A DNA stretch of 64,000 nucleotides from Isurus oxyrinchus. Its lineage: Eukaryota. Under the pieces are notes generated by a model, which was not told the DNA's origin, did not search any database, and saw nothing but the letters and a program-made list of their open reading frames with translations. The DNA is taken from positions 172,794,001-172,858,000 of the forward strand of contig JANJGN010000004.1 of assembly GCA_026770705.1 (NCBI GenBank), given 5' to 3'. Below are positions 61,101 through 64,000 of the stretch, piece by piece; positions within the stretch are counted from its first letter, which is position 1, and each line of letters opens with the position of its first letter. The position numbers and the translations under genes were made by a program.

Positions 61101-61497
61101 TGCCATCTCCAGATTTAGAAATTATGCCCATTGTACTGGATCCCATTAGCCACAACTTTCTCTTTTGTCCTTCAGTCATCTTTGTTGTCTTTTGTAGCCT
61201 TGAAGGTGATATTTGTCTGTCAATTGCCTCATTGGATCAGGAAAATAGGGTTAGGCACAGAATTTTTTTTTTTGTAAGTGTGAGTTACACACGAACATAC
61301 GAGTTCCACTTGTCGCTTTGAGCCTGCTCTGCCATTCAAAAAGATCTTGGCTGATCTGACTGTAACCTTCCGCCTACCTCAGATATCTTTTTACCCACTT
61401 ATTGATCAAGAATCTATCTAACTATCTCTGCCTTGAAAACATTCAAAGTCTCTGCTTCTACTGCCTTTTGAGGAAGGGAGTTCCGAAGACTCACTAC

Positions 61498-62564
61498 TGT
61501 GAGAATGGATTTTTAAAAGTATTTTGGGGGAATATTATNNNNNNNNNNNNNNNNNNNNNNNNNNNNNNNNNNNNNNNNNNNNNNNNNNNNNNNNNNNNNN
61601 NNNNNNNNNNNNNNNNNNNNNNNNNNNNNNNNNNNNNNNNNNNNNNNNNNNNNNNNNNNNNNNNNNNNNNNNNNNNNNNNNNNNNNNNNNNNNNNNNNNN
61701 NNNNNCTTTAGGAGTCAGGTAGTCTGGGTGTTTGGAAACATGAAAAGGTTAAAGGTTTTAAGTTTGAGCTACAAGTAAATAGGTCACATCTAACATTTGC
61801 GTTCTTCGATAAGTTGAGAAGTTGTTTGAATTGCGAGGGGCAATCAGTGGCTTAAAGGGAAAAGTTTGCATTTTGCAGGAGTCCATAGGTAAATAGCAGT
61901 GGAGATATGATATTTTTATTGACCCAAAAGCAAAGATAAGATGGAAACATGGAAGGTCTTATGTTTGACAGGGCGTGTGAGAACAATGGGACTGAGATGA
62001 AAGGGGAAAAGGGTATATTAGAGTTAATGTGGGATAGCTGGTTTTTAGCTATTGAGCTGGATAGCTGTCAAGCCGTTAAGTTGGAGATGGCTGGGGAGAG
62101 GTGGAGTTGTTTGAGCTGTTGAGAAGCCTTGGGCTGTAACAGTGTTATTCTGAAGTGAATTCCATAGCAAAGTGGGAGAGGGTGCAGGACCTGTGGTACA
62201 CATTTATTGAAGCCTTGTGCAATATTAATGGATTCTATATTTAAATACCTTTAAAGGAGCGTTGCCTGGAAGATGTTTACTTGCGGGTTTGACCAAGTAG
62301 AGAGTTTCTGGGGAATGTTTCATAAGACCAACTTTAATTGTGTAACTATAACCTTGTGTGCTTATGTTTTCTTTTATTTTGTTAATTTAACTTTTCCATT
62401 TAGTTTTTTAAAATCCCAAACGTGTTACTGGACCTCGTGTTGCTGAGATCGGTATGTCTTCTTCTCATTATTAGAATACAAGAAAAAAAGGCTGTGGCCC
62501 ATAAGCCAAGTTTCCCTCTGGGATTTGGTTTGCACAGCAATTAACAGCGGCTGTGGACATAACA
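61498..62564 (+). mobile_element. LTR (TG...CA), solo or collapsed element, probably Gypsy-type
   Basis: Begins TGTGAG, ends ATAACA, flanks CTAC/ATAC (imperfect 4-bp TSD). Host CR1 rejoins seamlessly. Contains the N gap. Confidence 0.7.
61539..61705. other. Assembly gap (167 N)
   Basis: Run of N. Confidence 0.99.
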
Positions 62565-63981
62565 ATACCTTCTGAGAGAAAAAAATTCTCACTTTGGTCT
62601 TAAATGGGCAACCTCTTATTTTTAAACAGTGACCCCTAGTTCTAGATTCTCCCAGAAGAGGAAACGTCCCCTCCTAATCCACCCTTTCAATACCCCTCAG
62701 GATCTTGTATATTTCAATCAAGTCACCTCTGAATCTACTAAATTCCAATGGATACAAGCCTAACCTGAGCAATCTTTCCTCAGAAGGCAACCTGCTCATT
62801 CCTGGTATGAGTTTAGTAAACCTTCTCTGAACATGCATTTAATCTTTCCTTAAATAAGAAGACCAATAGTATACACAGTAATCCAACTGCAATCTTGCAA
62901 ATGTCCCGCACAACTACAACTAAAGCACAACCTCTCTCTTTTTATATTTAATTCTTCTCACAATAAACAATATCATTCTATTAGCTTTCCTAATTACTTT
63001 CTGTATCTGCATTTTGGCCTTTTGTGATTCACGCACTAGGGCACAAAGATCCCTCTGCATCCTCTCATCAGTCAGATAATATGCTTCTTTTTTTACCTTC
63101 CAGCTAAAATGGCCAATTTCATTTTTGCTCACTTTATACTCCATTTGCCAGATCTTTGCTCATACACTTAACCTATGTCCCCTTGTAGCCTCCTTACATC
63201 TTCTTAACAACTTATTTTCTTATCTTTGTATCATCAGCAAATTTAGCAACCATCCAAGTAATTTGTATAAATTGTAAGAAGTTGAGGCAATGATCCCTGT
63301 GGCACACCACTCGTTACATTTTGCCAAACAGAAAAAGACACATTTATGGCTGCCCTCTGTTTCCTGTTAGCTGGCCAATCTTCTATCCATGCCAATATGT
63401 TACCCCCCCCCAACCCCCACACACCATGAGCTTTTATATTTTGCAATAACCTTTGCTATCGCATCTTATCAATTGCCTTCTGGGAATCTAAGTACAGTGC
63501 ATCTCCCAGTTTCCCTTTATCCACAGCACATGTGATTCCTTCAAAGAACGCCAATAAATTGATTAAATGTGATTTCCCACTCACAAAACCATGATTAATC
63601 TGGCTGATTGCCTTGAATTTTTCTAAGTGCCCTGCCATAATATCTTCAATAACATCTTCCAACATTTTCCCTATGACACGTGATAGGCTAACTGGCCTGT
63701 AATGTACTGCTGTCTCCCTCCCATTTTGACTAAAGGAGTTACTTCTGCTATTTTGCAACCTAATAGCACCTTCCCCAAATCCAGGGAATTTTGCTAAATT
63801 AAAACCAACACATCAACTATCTTTCTAGCCACTTCTTTTAAGCCCCTAGGATGAAGTCCATCAGAGCCCAGGGATATGTCGACCTGCAGCTCCATCAATT
63901 TTCTCAGTGCCACTTCCCTAGTGATTGTAATTTTCCTGAGTTCCTTCCTCCCTTCTATTTCCTGGTTTACAGCTATTTATG

Positions 63982-64000
63982 GGGAAGAATTTTCCTGTCG
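63982..64000. mobile_element. Probable start of another Harbinger-type MITE at the window edge
   Basis: GGGAAGAATTTTCC matches the family TIR. Confidence 0.5.

Larger units (their letters stand above)
61293..63980 (-). mobile_element. CR1 LINE (RT to 3' end) interrupted by an LTR
   Basis: ORFs 63456-63758 (HYRPVSLSRVIGKMLE), 63243-63446 (VTSGVPQGS), 62920-63144. Confidence 0.88.

Noticed and set aside
1-64000. Remaining short ORFs in the six-frame track
   Set aside because: Antisense or off-frame readings of repeats, or chance ORFs, many with non-ATG starts and no recognisable domains.

Overview
Eukaryotic, repeat-dense non-coding DNA (intronic or intergenic), most likely from a cartilaginous fish. 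The shark assignment is an inference from the mix of CR1 LINEs, DeuSINE/SacSINE1-like SINEs and Penelope-like elements. I cannot support any host protein-coding gene, rRNA, functional tRNA or CRISPR array. Nearly all informative ORFs are transposon relics. Main content: (1) a PIF/Harbinger cluster at 14.2-22.8 kb, made of one near-complete two-gene element (spliced Myb/SANT-like gene plus convergent HARBI1-like DDE transposase), one internally deleted relative and one older fragment; about 10 MITE derivatives with matching ends and 3-bp TSDs are spread across the window; (2) Penelope-like (GIY-YIG) retroelements with degenerate or variant hammerhead-ribozyme motifs; (3) a Ty1/Copia (GalEa-like) RNase H + PPT + short LTR relic and a second copy of its LTR; (4) many CR1 LINEs, a second LINE family with a tRNA-derived SINE sharing its 3' tail, DeuSINEs, LTR fragments, nested insertions and a 167-N assembly gap. 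Boundaries were read by eye and are approximate unless a TIR or TSD is quoted. I found interesting mobile-element biology but nothing I can honestly call a new system.
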